Position numbers and translations under genes: made by a program. Below are positions 27,047 through 35,790 of a DNA stretch of 64,000 nt, piece by piece. This DNA is from a virus: the IMG/VR virus record IMGVR_UViG_3300045988_159706, one strand, 5' to 3'. Positions within the stretch are counted from its first letter, which is position 1. Every line of letters starts with the position of its first letter. The notes under the pieces were generated by a model. It worked only from the letters and a program-made list of their open reading frames with translations, searched no databases and had not been told where the DNA came from.

Positions 27047-27379
27047 ATGAAAATAAAAATAAATATACAATCTGAATCTGATTTAATTACAAACTCATCT
27101 AGTGAGATCTTTTGTGCCATATCTTCTTTATCTGAGGATTCAATAAAGATGGTTCAGGAATATCTTAATTCATTTCTTCCTGATGGTGTTGAGTATTCAA
27201 GTCCTTCTGATATTTTTACAGTAGATGAATCTAGATATGTTATTACGTTTGAGATTAGTTACTCAGAAAATCATGAAGAGACTGGAAGACAGATGTACAC
27301 TTTAATAAAACAATTATTAAAGGAACATTTTCCAGGGGATAATTCATTTACTGTTGAAGATGGAGAGAATTATAATTAA
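27047..27379 (+). CDS. Paralog P2 of the ITNSSSE-motif family (110 aa)
   Basis: N-terminal MKIKINIQSESDLITNSSSEIFCA. Confidence 0.65.
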   Translation: MKIKINIQSESDLITNSSSEIFCAISSLSEDSIKMVQEYLNSFLPDGVEYSSPSDIFTVDESRYVITFEISYSENHEETGRQMYTLIKQLLKEHFPGDNSFTVEDGENYN

Positions 27380-27665
27380 ACTTCAAAGTGTCAGTGATAT
27401 CATTACAAATTCTTCTTCCGAAATCTTTCAGATTAAAGCTAATATGTCAGAACAAACTTTCTATAGAATTTGGCATAATCTTCTAAATAAATATGAAAAA
27501 GGTTGGAAGCATTCTGGAATTGATCATACTTACTTGGGGATTTTTGAAGTAGAAGATGAGTATATTATGCTTAGATTTCCTTCTATGTGTAACATAGGGT
27601 ATGATATGCGTGAAGCTCTTGAGGAACTTTTTGGAGAAGAAAATGTTCAATACTTTAGTTATTAA
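27354..27665 (+). CDS. Paralog P3 of the ITNSSSE-motif family (103 aa; alternative start 27360)
   Basis: N-terminal MKMERIIIKLQSVSDIITNSSSEIFQI. Overlaps the P2 stop by about 20 nt. Confidence 0.65.
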   Translation: MKMERIIIKLQSVSDIITNSSSEIFQIKANMSEQTFYRIWHNLLNKYEKGWKHSGIDHTYLGIFEVEDEYIMLRFPSMCNIGYDMREALEELFGEENVQYFSY

Positions 27666-27963
27666 AATACAATCTGTTTCTGATGTAATTACAAACAGCA
27701 GTACAGAGATTTATACAGTTTGTACAGAATATACTTTAGATAGGTTAAAAGATATTGTTAATAGTATCTTAAAAATCGCTGATTCTACACTTACAGCAGA
27801 TGACTTATTTACCTTTGAATTGGATGAAGAGTCTGATGAGTACTCTGCTTATTATGACAGAGGTTATAAAGTTATTCCGAAGAAAGAAAACTATACTGAA
27901 GCTGCCAAATATTTATCTAATATAATGGATATATTTGAACAAGAAGCTTCTTTTGAAAGTTAA
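27643..27963 (+). CDS. Paralog P4 of the ITNSSSE-motif family (106 aa)
   Basis: Start moved to the internal ATG by homology: MFNTLVIKIQSVSDVITNSSTEIYTV. Overlaps the P3 stop by 23 nt. Confidence 0.6.
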   Translation: MFNTLVIKIQSVSDVITNSSTEIYTVCTEYTLDRLKDIVNSILKIADSTLTADDLFTFELDEESDEYSAYYDRGYKVIPKKENYTEAAKYLSNIMDIFEQEASFES

Positions 27964-27968
27964 TAAAA

Positions 27969-28877
27969 ATGAAAGATTGGAAAGCATGGGGAATTAAGAA
28001 AAGAGTATTCCCAGATAAGAATTATAATGCAATTTGGCACGATTTAAAAACTGTTCGATTAGGTTCTGGGCAAGCTAAAGAATTAGATTATCCAGAATTC
28101 TACGATGTTGGAATTAATACTCTTTGTAATCTAGGATGCCCATTTTGTTATGTTGGAGCTACATCTAAAGGAGTAAATCATGATCATATATGTGAAAAGG
28201 CTAAATTTTTCTTTGGCAGCATGACTGAGAATGAGAAACCTTTTCAGATTGCAATTGGTTCTACAGGAGAACCTACAATTCATCCTGAGTTTTGTGAGTT
28301 TCTTAAAACAATATATAGTTTGGGGATCGTTCCTAACTATACAACTAATGGAATCTCAATAGCCAAATATGATGGTAATGCAGAAGAAATTTTAGAAGCT
28401 ACTTCCAAATATGTAGGAGGAGTTGCTGTTTCAGCAAATACATGGAATCCAGAAATAGATTCTGCTTGGAGAAGTGCTATAGTACTTCTGCATAAATTCG
28501 GGAACACTAATATCAATATTCATTATATAATTAATGATAAAAAGTCTGTTGATGACTTTATTAAAATTTATAATCAATATAAAGATATTGTTCTATACTT
28601 TGTACTACTTCCTTTGATGCCTTCTGGTCGGTCATCAAATAAATACTCGCAAGAAGCATTTGAATACCTTCTTGAACAAGATATAGACTTTAAACAAATT
28701 GCATTTGGAGCACATTTCTATGACTCTTTATGTAATCAAAATAAGTTAGGATGCTATTTATATCCTCCTGAAAGTCTATCTAAAAACCTTATTTTAGGAG
28801 AGAAGATTATGGTTACTCCAAGTTCCTTTAATCTTACTCCTATTAAGGAAATTAATTTCAGTTATGAAAACTTGTAA
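27969..28877 (+). CDS. Radical SAM enzyme
   Basis: GINTLCNLGCPFCYVG is the CxxxCxxC cluster motif. GSTGEPT (GGEP-like) and TTNG follow. 302 aa with no C-terminal Cys-rich SPASM-like region and no TGA. Confidence 0.75.
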   Translation: MKDWKAWGIKKRVFPDKNYNAIWHDLKTVRLGSGQAKELDYPEFYDVGINTLCNLGCPFCYVGATSKGVNHDHICEKAKFFFGSMTENEKPFQIAIGSTGEPTIHPEFCEFLKTIYSLGIVPNYTTNGISIAKYDGNAEEILEATSKYVGGVAVSANTWNPEIDSAWRSAIVLLHKFGNTNINIHYIINDKKSVDDFIKIYNQYKDIVLYFVLLPLMPSGRSSNKYSQEAFEYLLEQDIDFKQIAFGAHFYDSLCNQNKLGCYLYPPESLSKNLILGEKIMVTPSSFNLTPIKEINFSYENL

Positions 28878-29055
28878 AGTAATTTTTAGAGATGAAACTT
28901 TAGCACAAGACAGTATCGTGGATTGTTGGTTAAACGATGTTGGAGATTTAGAGTTTAAATTGTACTTTGATCCTCCAGTAACAGAAACTTCTGACCTTGG
29001 TTCATTAGCTGGACAGTTATGCTATAGTTTCTGTAAAGCTTTAAAGGATGAATAA
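28864..29055 (+). CDS. Small hypothetical protein
   Basis: 63-aa ORF overlapping both neighbours. Confidence 0.5.
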   Translation: MKTCKVIFRDETLAQDSIVDCWLNDVGDLEFKLYFDPPVTETSDLGSLAGQLCYSFCKALKDE

Positions 29056-30145
29056 AATCATATTGTTAAATGCAATTGTTGGAAGTCAGGCGTATGGAAC
29101 AAATACGCCTGACTCTGACATTGATACAAAGGGAGTATATCTTCAGGATCCTATGGAAGTCTTAGGGATGGAGTATAAGGAACAGATTAACCTGGATAAG
29201 GATGCCTGCTTATATGAAGTTAGAAGATTTTTGCAACTACTTTGTAGTGGAAATCCTACAATGTTGGAACTTTTGTATATTCCTGAAGATTGTATTCTAG
29301 AAAAGCACCCTTTGTGGGATATTATATCGAAACATAGAAGTGCATTTCTAACTAAACAATGCTACTTTAGTTTTGCTGGTTATGCATATCAACAAGTAGA
29401 AAAGGCTAAAGGGCTAAATAAGAAAATGAATTGGGAGGCTGATAAAGTAAAAAGAAAAAGGCCAATTGATTTTCTAAAAGTTATTGACAACTGTAAAACA
29501 TATCCTCTTGTTGAATGGTTAAAGCGTAATCAGATGCATGAGGATTGCTGTGGACTTGCTAAAGTCAATGATTCAGAGAATCTTTATGCTTTGTGGTATG
29601 ATGACATTAAAGAAATGTCTAAGACCAAAGACTTGTCTAATCCTAGATATAAAGATTGGAAAGATTTTGGATATAAAGGAGTTTGTAATGATGTTGAATT
29701 ACTACTTTCAGAGATTCCAGAATGGCAAATTCCTATGTGTAGGTGTAACCTTTACTACAATAGGAATGGTTGGGGAGAACATTGTAAAGACTATAATTCC
29801 TACCAAACTTGGCTGAAAGAAAGAAACACACAAAGATATGTAGATATTCAAAATCATGGACAAAAGATCGATGGCAAAAATATGTTACATTGTATAAGAT
29901 TATTACAATGTGCTAATGATATCTTAGATCTTAAAACTATTAATGTTAGAGTTAAGAACCCTGAATATTTACTATCTATTAGACATGGAAAAGTATCCTT
30001 AGAAGAATTACTTGAATCAGCAAGAAATCAAATTAAAGGGTTAAAGCAAAAATTTGAAGACAGTGATTTACCACATTCAGTAGATCCAGATTTAGTCAAA
30101 TCAATATTGAATGAAATAAGAAAAGAATCATTAAATTTGTTTTAA
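29048..30145 (+). CDS. Pol-beta superfamily nucleotidyltransferase (RlaP-like)
   Basis: N-terminal VGSQAYGTNTPDSDIDTKGVYL fits the GS..yG...p.SD.D..gv nucleotidyltransferase signature of the RNA-ligase-associated family. 365 aa, no TGA. Confidence 0.65.
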   Translation: MNKIILLNAIVGSQAYGTNTPDSDIDTKGVYLQDPMEVLGMEYKEQINLDKDACLYEVRRFLQLLCSGNPTMLELLYIPEDCILEKHPLWDIISKHRSAFLTKQCYFSFAGYAYQQVEKAKGLNKKMNWEADKVKRKRPIDFLKVIDNCKTYPLVEWLKRNQMHEDCCGLAKVNDSENLYALWYDDIKEMSKTKDLSNPRYKDWKDFGYKGVCNDVELLLSEIPEWQIPMCRCNLYYNRNGWGEHCKDYNSYQTWLKERNTQRYVDIQNHGQKIDGKNMLHCIRLLQCANDILDLKTINVRVKNPEYLLSIRHGKVSLEELLESARNQIKGLKQKFEDSDLPHSVDPDLVKSILNEIRKESLNLF

Positions 30146-31546
30146 ATGAAATCGGAATTTATTACATTACAATTACTCTCAGAGAGTTTTGAGGATAAAT
30201 TGGCATGACTAGTTGCAAATAATGAAGATAAAGTGTCTAAGTATCTTCTGGAAGCTAATCAATTAATTAAAATTTATACTAAGACAAAAGCAGAGAACTC
30301 TGAAAGTTTGTTTCCAATTCCCGATACTGTTTTAGAAGGGTTTATAAATGCAATTAAGGAAAAATTGTCAGACTATGGACGACAACTAACTCTTAAAACT
30401 GATGCTTTCAAAGTTTCATTTCTTCCTAAAGGCTGTACTCCTGAATATACTAAAAGTGGTAGATGGGCGAAAAAGAATAGACAATCAGGAAAGCCTGGTA
30501 AAATTATACAAAAAGTAATTGGAACTGGCGTCTTTTCTAACTCTGATTATGAAAAATTTGTATATGCTCTTAAAGCACTTTGGTCTTATGGTGGGTATGA
30601 AATTAAATTGGTAGAAGGAGAAGATATTAGATACTGGTATGATTCGGAAAATTATTATGCCATTACTAATACTTTGGGTAATTCATGTATGTCTCATAAA
30701 GAATGTAGTGGTTATTTTGATCTCTATTGTACACAACCAGAGTGTCGAATGCTGGTTGCATTAAAGGAGGACAAATTAGCAGCGAGAGCTTTAGTATGGA
30801 CCATTGGGGATAAAACCTTTATGGACCGTGTTTATTATATAGAGGATTCTTTATATAATATCTTTGTTAACTATGCTAAAGAAAATAAATGGTATATCCG
30901 AGAGAGTAATTGCCTTCTTAGTGATGGTGACAATCAAGTATTTTTATCTCCAAAGGATAACTATACTGAACCAGTAACTGAACGCTTTGTTTTGAACTTA
31001 GTTAAGATTTATCCTAAATGGCCTTATATTGATAGTTTTAGATATTTAGATCTTGAGAATAAGGTCTTAACAACATATCGAAGATGTAATTCCTACACAT
31101 GCTCGTTTACAGATGGAAATTACGAAGATTCAGAGGATTGGGACGAAGACTATCAATGTGAGAATTGTGGGTGCCAATATAGTAACGATGATGAGTTAGT
31201 GTATTCAGAATACTTTGATACATTAGGATGTACTTCTTGTATGTCATGGTCAGAAATTATGCAAGATTGGATTCCAGACAGCGAAGTTGTCTACGTTAAA
31301 ATTGATGACGCATGCCACAATGGTGAAGTTTGTTGTAGTCAGTATCTAGCATCGCATCCAGAAAAATATGTCTATATTGAAGGTTCCTGGTACTCAACAG
31401 AATTCAAAAGGATTTGTAAAAATCAGGATGGGGATTGGATAGTTATACATCTGGATGAAATATCCACTTCACCAGATATGTTTAGTGTGACTCCGTCTAT
31501 TTCTGCAGCATCTGGAAACTATATTATTGACCCTAGAACATATTAA
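30146..31546 (+). CDS. Uncharacterised large protein, paralog family B (see 13583-14959), with C-terminal Cys clusters
   Basis: ATG at 30146 is in frame with ORF 30233 through one TGA (DKLA-W-LVAN). Shared block LGNSCMSH...YFDLY...MLVALKEDKLAARALVWTIGDKTFMDRVYY. CENCGC...CTSC lies near the C-terminus. Confidence 0.65.
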
Positions 31547-31549
31547 ACA

Positions 31550-32314
31550 ATGAAAGAAAAAATTAGATATGATTTAGTTCCAGCACATGGGATTAAAGAA
31601 ATATCTCGTGTTCTAACTAGAAAGTTGGACACATATGAAGAAAATCAGTGGAAAAAAGGGATGAAATGGACAGAAGTTCTTTCATCTCTTAAGAAACATC
31701 TCAACGAATTTGAGATGGGAAATGATTACACTGAAGAAGGACTGCTCAATATAGCAGAGGTAGCCAATAATGCATTAATTCTATGCGAATTCTATCATAT
31801 TTATCCCCAAGGGGATGATAGAATTATGGCTCCCACAACAAAACCCATAGTTGCCTTAGACTTAGATAATGTTATCTTTGATTTCAATGGCGCATATGAA
31901 GCTAAGTTTGGCACTAAAATGAATCCTTATTGGAAAGCTAATTATGAAATGTCAGAGCATTTAAAGCAGTTAGAAAAAGATAAGGACTTTTGGGTAAATA
32001 TTCCGATTTTGCATAAACCTTGTTTCGAAGTAGATTATTATATAACTGCTCGGAATATTCCAGTTGAATGGATTGAAGAAAGTTTACAAAAGAATGGCCT
32101 TCCATGTGCTCCAGTTCATGTTGTTCCTTGGGATCAAAGTAAATTGGCACATTTACGTGATTTAAAAATTGATATATTTATCGACGATAAATATGAAAAT
32201 TATAAGGAAGCAACTGATGCTGGAATCTTTTGCTACTTAATGGATGCTCCTCATAATCAATATTATAATGTTGGTCATAGGAGAATTTATAACCTTGATA
32301 TACCAATTAAATAG
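31550..32314 (+). CDS. Fusion of an all-alpha MazG-like dNTP diphosphohydrolase N-domain (DUF5664/MazZ type) and a HAD 5'(3')-deoxyribonucleotidase
   Basis: N-terminal RYDLVPAHGIKEISRVLT...ENQWKKGMKWTEVLSSLKKHL...EEGLLNIAEVANNALILCEF fits R.DL.P..a....a.vl....Y...NW.kG...s.....a..RHl...D.e.g...l.h.a.n.l. From residue 100, VALDLDNVIFDF is the DxDxV HAD motif. Confidence 0.6.
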   Translation: MKEKIRYDLVPAHGIKEISRVLTRKLDTYEENQWKKGMKWTEVLSSLKKHLNEFEMGNDYTEEGLLNIAEVANNALILCEFYHIYPQGDDRIMAPTTKPIVALDLDNVIFDFNGAYEAKFGTKMNPYWKANYEMSEHLKQLEKDKDFWVNIPILHKPCFEVDYYITARNIPVEWIEESLQKNGLPCAPVHVVPWDQSKLAHLRDLKIDIFIDDKYENYKEATDAGIFCYLMDAPHNQYYNVGHRRIYNLDIPIK

Positions 32315-32812
32315 ATGGAAGAATTTTTATTAGACATCCTTGGGTGGGATCACTCTGAAGCAACCTGGTTGCTTAGGTTATTTACTAGATTTAATTCCAA
32401 TGGGGATAGTTTTCCTCTTATGTGTGAAGCAGCTGAATTAGATCCTTCTGATTGTATTTGTAATGATCGAGTTGAACCAGAGACTCTAGAAACGATATTC
32501 TTACGGAATTTATTTGCAAGGAAATTAGATAGAGAGGATTTTAGACTTTCTGATAACATTTTTACTGTTAAGGATATTATAGTAAAAACGAATCATGGTG
32601 AGAATGTAGAAAATATATATGATGACTATTATTGTACATTGTCATTTACAGAACTTACTGTGATAAAGCCACTTATTTTAGAACTTGAAGAGTTTTATAC
32701 TAAGGAACATTCAGAGATTACACATAAACAGACCAGTATTCCTGAAAGTTCTACTCCTATTGCAAAATCTATATTTGAAAGAATCTATGGAAGTAAGACT
32801 AGCCGACGTTAA
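32315..32812 (+). CDS. Hypothetical acidic protein
   Basis: 165-aa ORF starting directly after the TAG of the previous gene. Confidence 0.55.
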   Translation: MEEFLLDILGWDHSEATWLLRLFTRFNSNGDSFPLMCEAAELDPSDCICNDRVEPETLETIFLRNLFARKLDREDFRLSDNIFTVKDIIVKTNHGENVENIYDDYYCTLSFTELTVIKPLILELEEFYTKEHSEITHKQTSIPESSTPIAKSIFERIYGSKTSRR

Positions 32813-33824
32813 ACTTACTCCATTACTACATACTGTTCAGAGATTAAAGATTTCTGACGAGGAGTATTTTTCAAGTAAATATAGAGAGTACATCTCTAAC
32901 TCTAGGTTAAAATACATCAACCCTGACCAGGATGGTAGTCCTTCGAAGTATAAAAATGGTATACAACAAGAAACTACACGGTCATTGCAGTTAGGTTCAG
33001 CTATTCATGAGGTCTTTTTACAACCAGAATCCTTCTCATTAGAGGAGGATCTGGGAAGGCCTTCTGCTAAACTTGGTGATGTATGTGATTATATAATGAA
33101 GCAAAGAGCTGAAGGAAAGGGTATATATGACTCAATAATTTTAGCTTGTAATGAAGTTGGTTACTATGCAAATAGTTTAACAGCCAACAGAATCAAACAA
33201 ATTATCTCTAAAGGACTGTCATACTATATAAAAAGTAAGACAGTTGAAAATACAGATAAGATTATTTTATCAAGTAAGGATAGAGAAGTTTGCGTTAATT
33301 GTTTAAACTCTTTGAACTCACATAGTGGAGCAATGAAACTTATACGTCCAACTGATATATTTGGTGATGCTATTGCTTCTTATAATGAAGATGCAATTTT
33401 TATGGATGTCAAGTGTGAATATAATGGGAAGAGTACAATTCTCAAATTAAAGATGAAAGCAGACAACTGGACTATCGATGAGGATTCCAAAAAATTGGTT
33501 TTGAACGATCTCAAAACTACAGGAAAGCCAATAGGATTTTTCATGCAAGAGTATGGTTCATTTGTGCATTATCATTATGCTCGTCAGATGGGAATGTATA
33601 TGTGGATGCTGTTTCATCTATGTAAAAAGGAGTTTAACGTGGACAAAACCTGGAATATTTCGTCTAATATCATTGCTGTAGAAACAGTGGGTGAAAATAG
33701 AGCTGGAGTATTTAGAGTGTCCAAAAGTCAGCTTACTGCTGGCAAAAAAGAATTCCAACGTCTATTAAAGATGGTTGGTGTCTGCCAGATTGAAGGATTC
33801 GATGATAATATAAAATTTAGTTAA
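32787..33824 (+). CDS. PD-(D/E)xK exonuclease (RecE/DUF3799-like)
   Basis: Start set at the internal ATG (MEVRLADVK). ISNSRLKYINP...LQLGSAIHEVFLQPESF and KLKMKADNW...LVLNDLKTTGKP fit the G.a.H ... D ... DlKT pattern. Confidence 0.6.
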   Translation: MEVRLADVKLTPLLHTVQRLKISDEEYFSSKYREYISNSRLKYINPDQDGSPSKYKNGIQQETTRSLQLGSAIHEVFLQPESFSLEEDLGRPSAKLGDVCDYIMKQRAEGKGIYDSIILACNEVGYYANSLTANRIKQIISKGLSYYIKSKTVENTDKIILSSKDREVCVNCLNSLNSHSGAMKLIRPTDIFGDAIASYNEDAIFMDVKCEYNGKSTILKLKMKADNWTIDEDSKKLVLNDLKTTGKPIGFFMQEYGSFVHYHYARQMGMYMWMLFHLCKKEFNVDKTWNISSNIIAVETVGENRAGVFRVSKSQLTAGKKEFQRLLKMVGVCQIEGFDDNIKFS

Positions 33825-33882
33825 TCTGCAAATATTTTTAAGAGTAAATTTAGAATTTATTTTCTTAAAATTTTATAGAGAA

Positions 33883-33914
33883 TTTGCAGATTCATAATTT
33901 TAGTATTATCTTTG
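33883..33914 (+). promoter_or_regulatory. Candidate Bacteroidetes-type promoter (TTTG-N20-TAnnTTTG)
   Basis: TTTG at 33883-33886 and TATCTTTG at 33907-33914, about 45 nt upstream of the ATG of a GC-rich gene. The flanking inverted repeat ATCTGCAAAT / ATTTGCAGAT spans the region. Confidence 0.4.
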
Positions 33915-33956
33915 TATCACAATCGGAAGAATAATATGAACTAATGTTTAATTTTA

Positions 33957-34499
33957 ATGTTTTTTAAAATGAAGAAATTTGAAGTTTCGGCTTATAGCCT
34001 TGAGGAAGCAAAAGCAACTGCACTGAGTGAGTATGGTCTCAAAGTAACGCAGAATGTATCACAGTCGTGGAAGAATGCAGGTTCGCCTGTTTCAGGTAAA
34101 GAATTTGAAGGATTCTGCATTGATATGCTGGATAAGAAACGTCTAACTGGCGTAGAGGGTGTTGGTCTGGTAATTGCAATTACCCCAGGTTCGAAAGACA
34201 CTCGTGAACGTCCTTACAAGTACAAGAATGTAACCAATGAGGGTAAACGTCAGATGGAGCGTGTTGTTGAGATTCGTCTGAAGGCAACTGATGAAGTAGT
34301 TGGTACTGCTAAGAACAAGGGTGAAGCTGAGAAGCTTGCTAAGAAACTTATGCTTACCTACAAGCAGGATATGGTAGCAGTTATTGTTTACCATGTTAAG
34401 GATGGTAAGGAAACAGCCTTCGAGCTGGATTATGCACCTTCGCAGTCAGCACAGAAGGGTCGTTACATTGTCTTTGGTAACGAGAAGAGTGGTTTTTAA
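33957..34499 (+). CDS. Hypothetical protein with GC-richer, probably high-expression codon usage
   Basis: 180-aa ORF (alternative ATG at 33969) preceded by a 130-nt non-coding region and followed by a strong terminator. Codons are CGT/CTG/GGT-rich, unlike the neighbours. Confidence 0.65.
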   Translation: MFFKMKKFEVSAYSLEEAKATALSEYGLKVTQNVSQSWKNAGSPVSGKEFEGFCIDMLDKKRLTGVEGVGLVIAITPGSKDTRERPYKYKNVTNEGKRQMERVVEIRLKATDEVVGTAKNKGEAEKLAKKLMLTYKQDMVAVIVYHVKDGKETAFELDYAPSQSAQKGRYIVFGNEKSGF

Positions 34500-34519
34500 T
34501 TAAACTATATTTAGAGAAA

Positions 34520-34555
34520 GCAGGGTTGGATTAAATTCCAATCCTGCTTATTTTT
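34520..34555 (+). terminator. Intrinsic terminator hairpin
   Basis: GCAGGGTTGGA-TTAAAT-TCCAATCCTGC followed by TTATTTTT. Confidence 0.75.
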
Positions 34556-34562
34556 AAGATTT

Positions 34563-35060
34563 ATGACAGTAGATATATTCAAACATCCACTATTCACATC
34601 TTGTGGATTCTTAGGAGTATGACCAGGAGATAGTTCCTCTTTTATTAATCAATTTCATTTAGGAGGAGAATATTGTGTTTATGTATTACTAGATTCATGA
34701 TGTAAACATGATACAACCCTTTGTGGATGATCCTTTCCCTACGCTATTAAATATATAGGAATGGGCCCTTACCCAGTAGGGTGAAGAAAAACAGGTAAGC
34801 GTCCACTAAATCATAAAAATGACTTATTTAGTGACCATCTTAAATTAGACCCAAATCGTTATATATTGACCTTTCCATCAACATGCCTAGACAAACAGTC
34901 TGCCTTTGATTTAGAATCAATATTAATAGATGCTGCATTGAAGGATTCCTATACATTGTCTCCTAGAGGTTTGAGAAATGTTAGAACTCCAGATTTTCAG
35001 TTAATAAACAAAATAAGGGGTCATAAGATTAATGGAAGTTACCTTAGACAAGCTGCTTAG
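34563..35060 (+). CDS. Free-standing GIY-YIG domain nuclease (165 aa, four in-frame TGA)
   Basis: ATG at 34563 is in frame with ORF 34866-35060. YCVYVLLDS-W-...YAIKYIGMG...G-W-RKTGKRPLNHKND fits the GIY...YIG...R...H/N pattern. Confidence 0.55.
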
Positions 35061-35790
35061 TGGCAAATCAACACGAATTAATTCAAAAGATTTTCTTTCA
35101 ACAGAAGACTATGTAAAGCCTTTTATTGAAGAAATGAGTAAATTCACTTCTACTTATAGAATAGAAGCTATCCCTCCCTCTCAAGTTACTACAGATAAAG
35201 AAGGAGAGGATATTACCTATAACAGGGTATTAGTGCAGGCAATCATGCCTACTCAAATAGATGAGTATAATGAAATATATACTTTGGCATATTCTTTAGA
35301 CATAAGAAGGCCTATTTATAAAGTATATAAAGCGATGTTTAATAATACTACTAATTCAATAATTGCATTTGATCCAAATTGATTGGTAGTTAATGAAATT
35401 AAACCAGCAGAGACTTTTACACTTCCAATTCAAAACTTAATGAGTTTTACAAGTGACTTTGAAGTTAAACTCAAGAAATATAAAAACGATACTTTATCTA
35501 CCAAAGAAAACGATCGTTATGTAAGACTGGGTTCTTGGATTGAAAAATGTCAATTTGCAGTATGGCAAAATGACTTTGGAGGAAAGGTTAAATGGTCTCC
35601 AACAAATGTTGTTAAGGCTTATAATAACATTTATATAAATACATCAAGTGATTATTATGTTGGTGATAAGGACTCATCTGTAATTAATACATATAATTCA
35701 TTTGCACAGCTAATTGCAGATGATAAAAAAGATATTTGCAATAAGTTTGAGAAAACTATGCTAATTAATTCATTATTAGGATTAAAATAA
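35032..35790 (+). CDS. Hypothetical protein (252 aa)
   Basis: ORFs 35032-35382 and 35383-35790 share one frame and are joined by TGA 35380-35382 (FDPN-W-LVVNE). Confidence 0.6.

Noticed and set aside
27969-28877. Calling the radical SAM protein a RiPP maturase (SPASM/twitch type), QueE or NrdG
   Set aside because: It has no C-terminal auxiliary Cys cluster, no queC/queD/folE or nrdD neighbours, and its length and motifs are generic. The upstream paralogs are 100-170 aa and look globular rather than leader-core peptides. Only the generic radical SAM call is kept.
29538-29816. Alternative-frame plus-strand ORFs inside known genes: 29538-29816, 19974-20219, 42140-42340, 52867-53049, 27601-27642 and the N-terminal parts of 38289, 38713, 32685 and 53620
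   Set aside because: They overlap better-supported frames that carry family motifs. Homology to paralogs, or stop/start coupling, points to downstream start codons for the extended ones.
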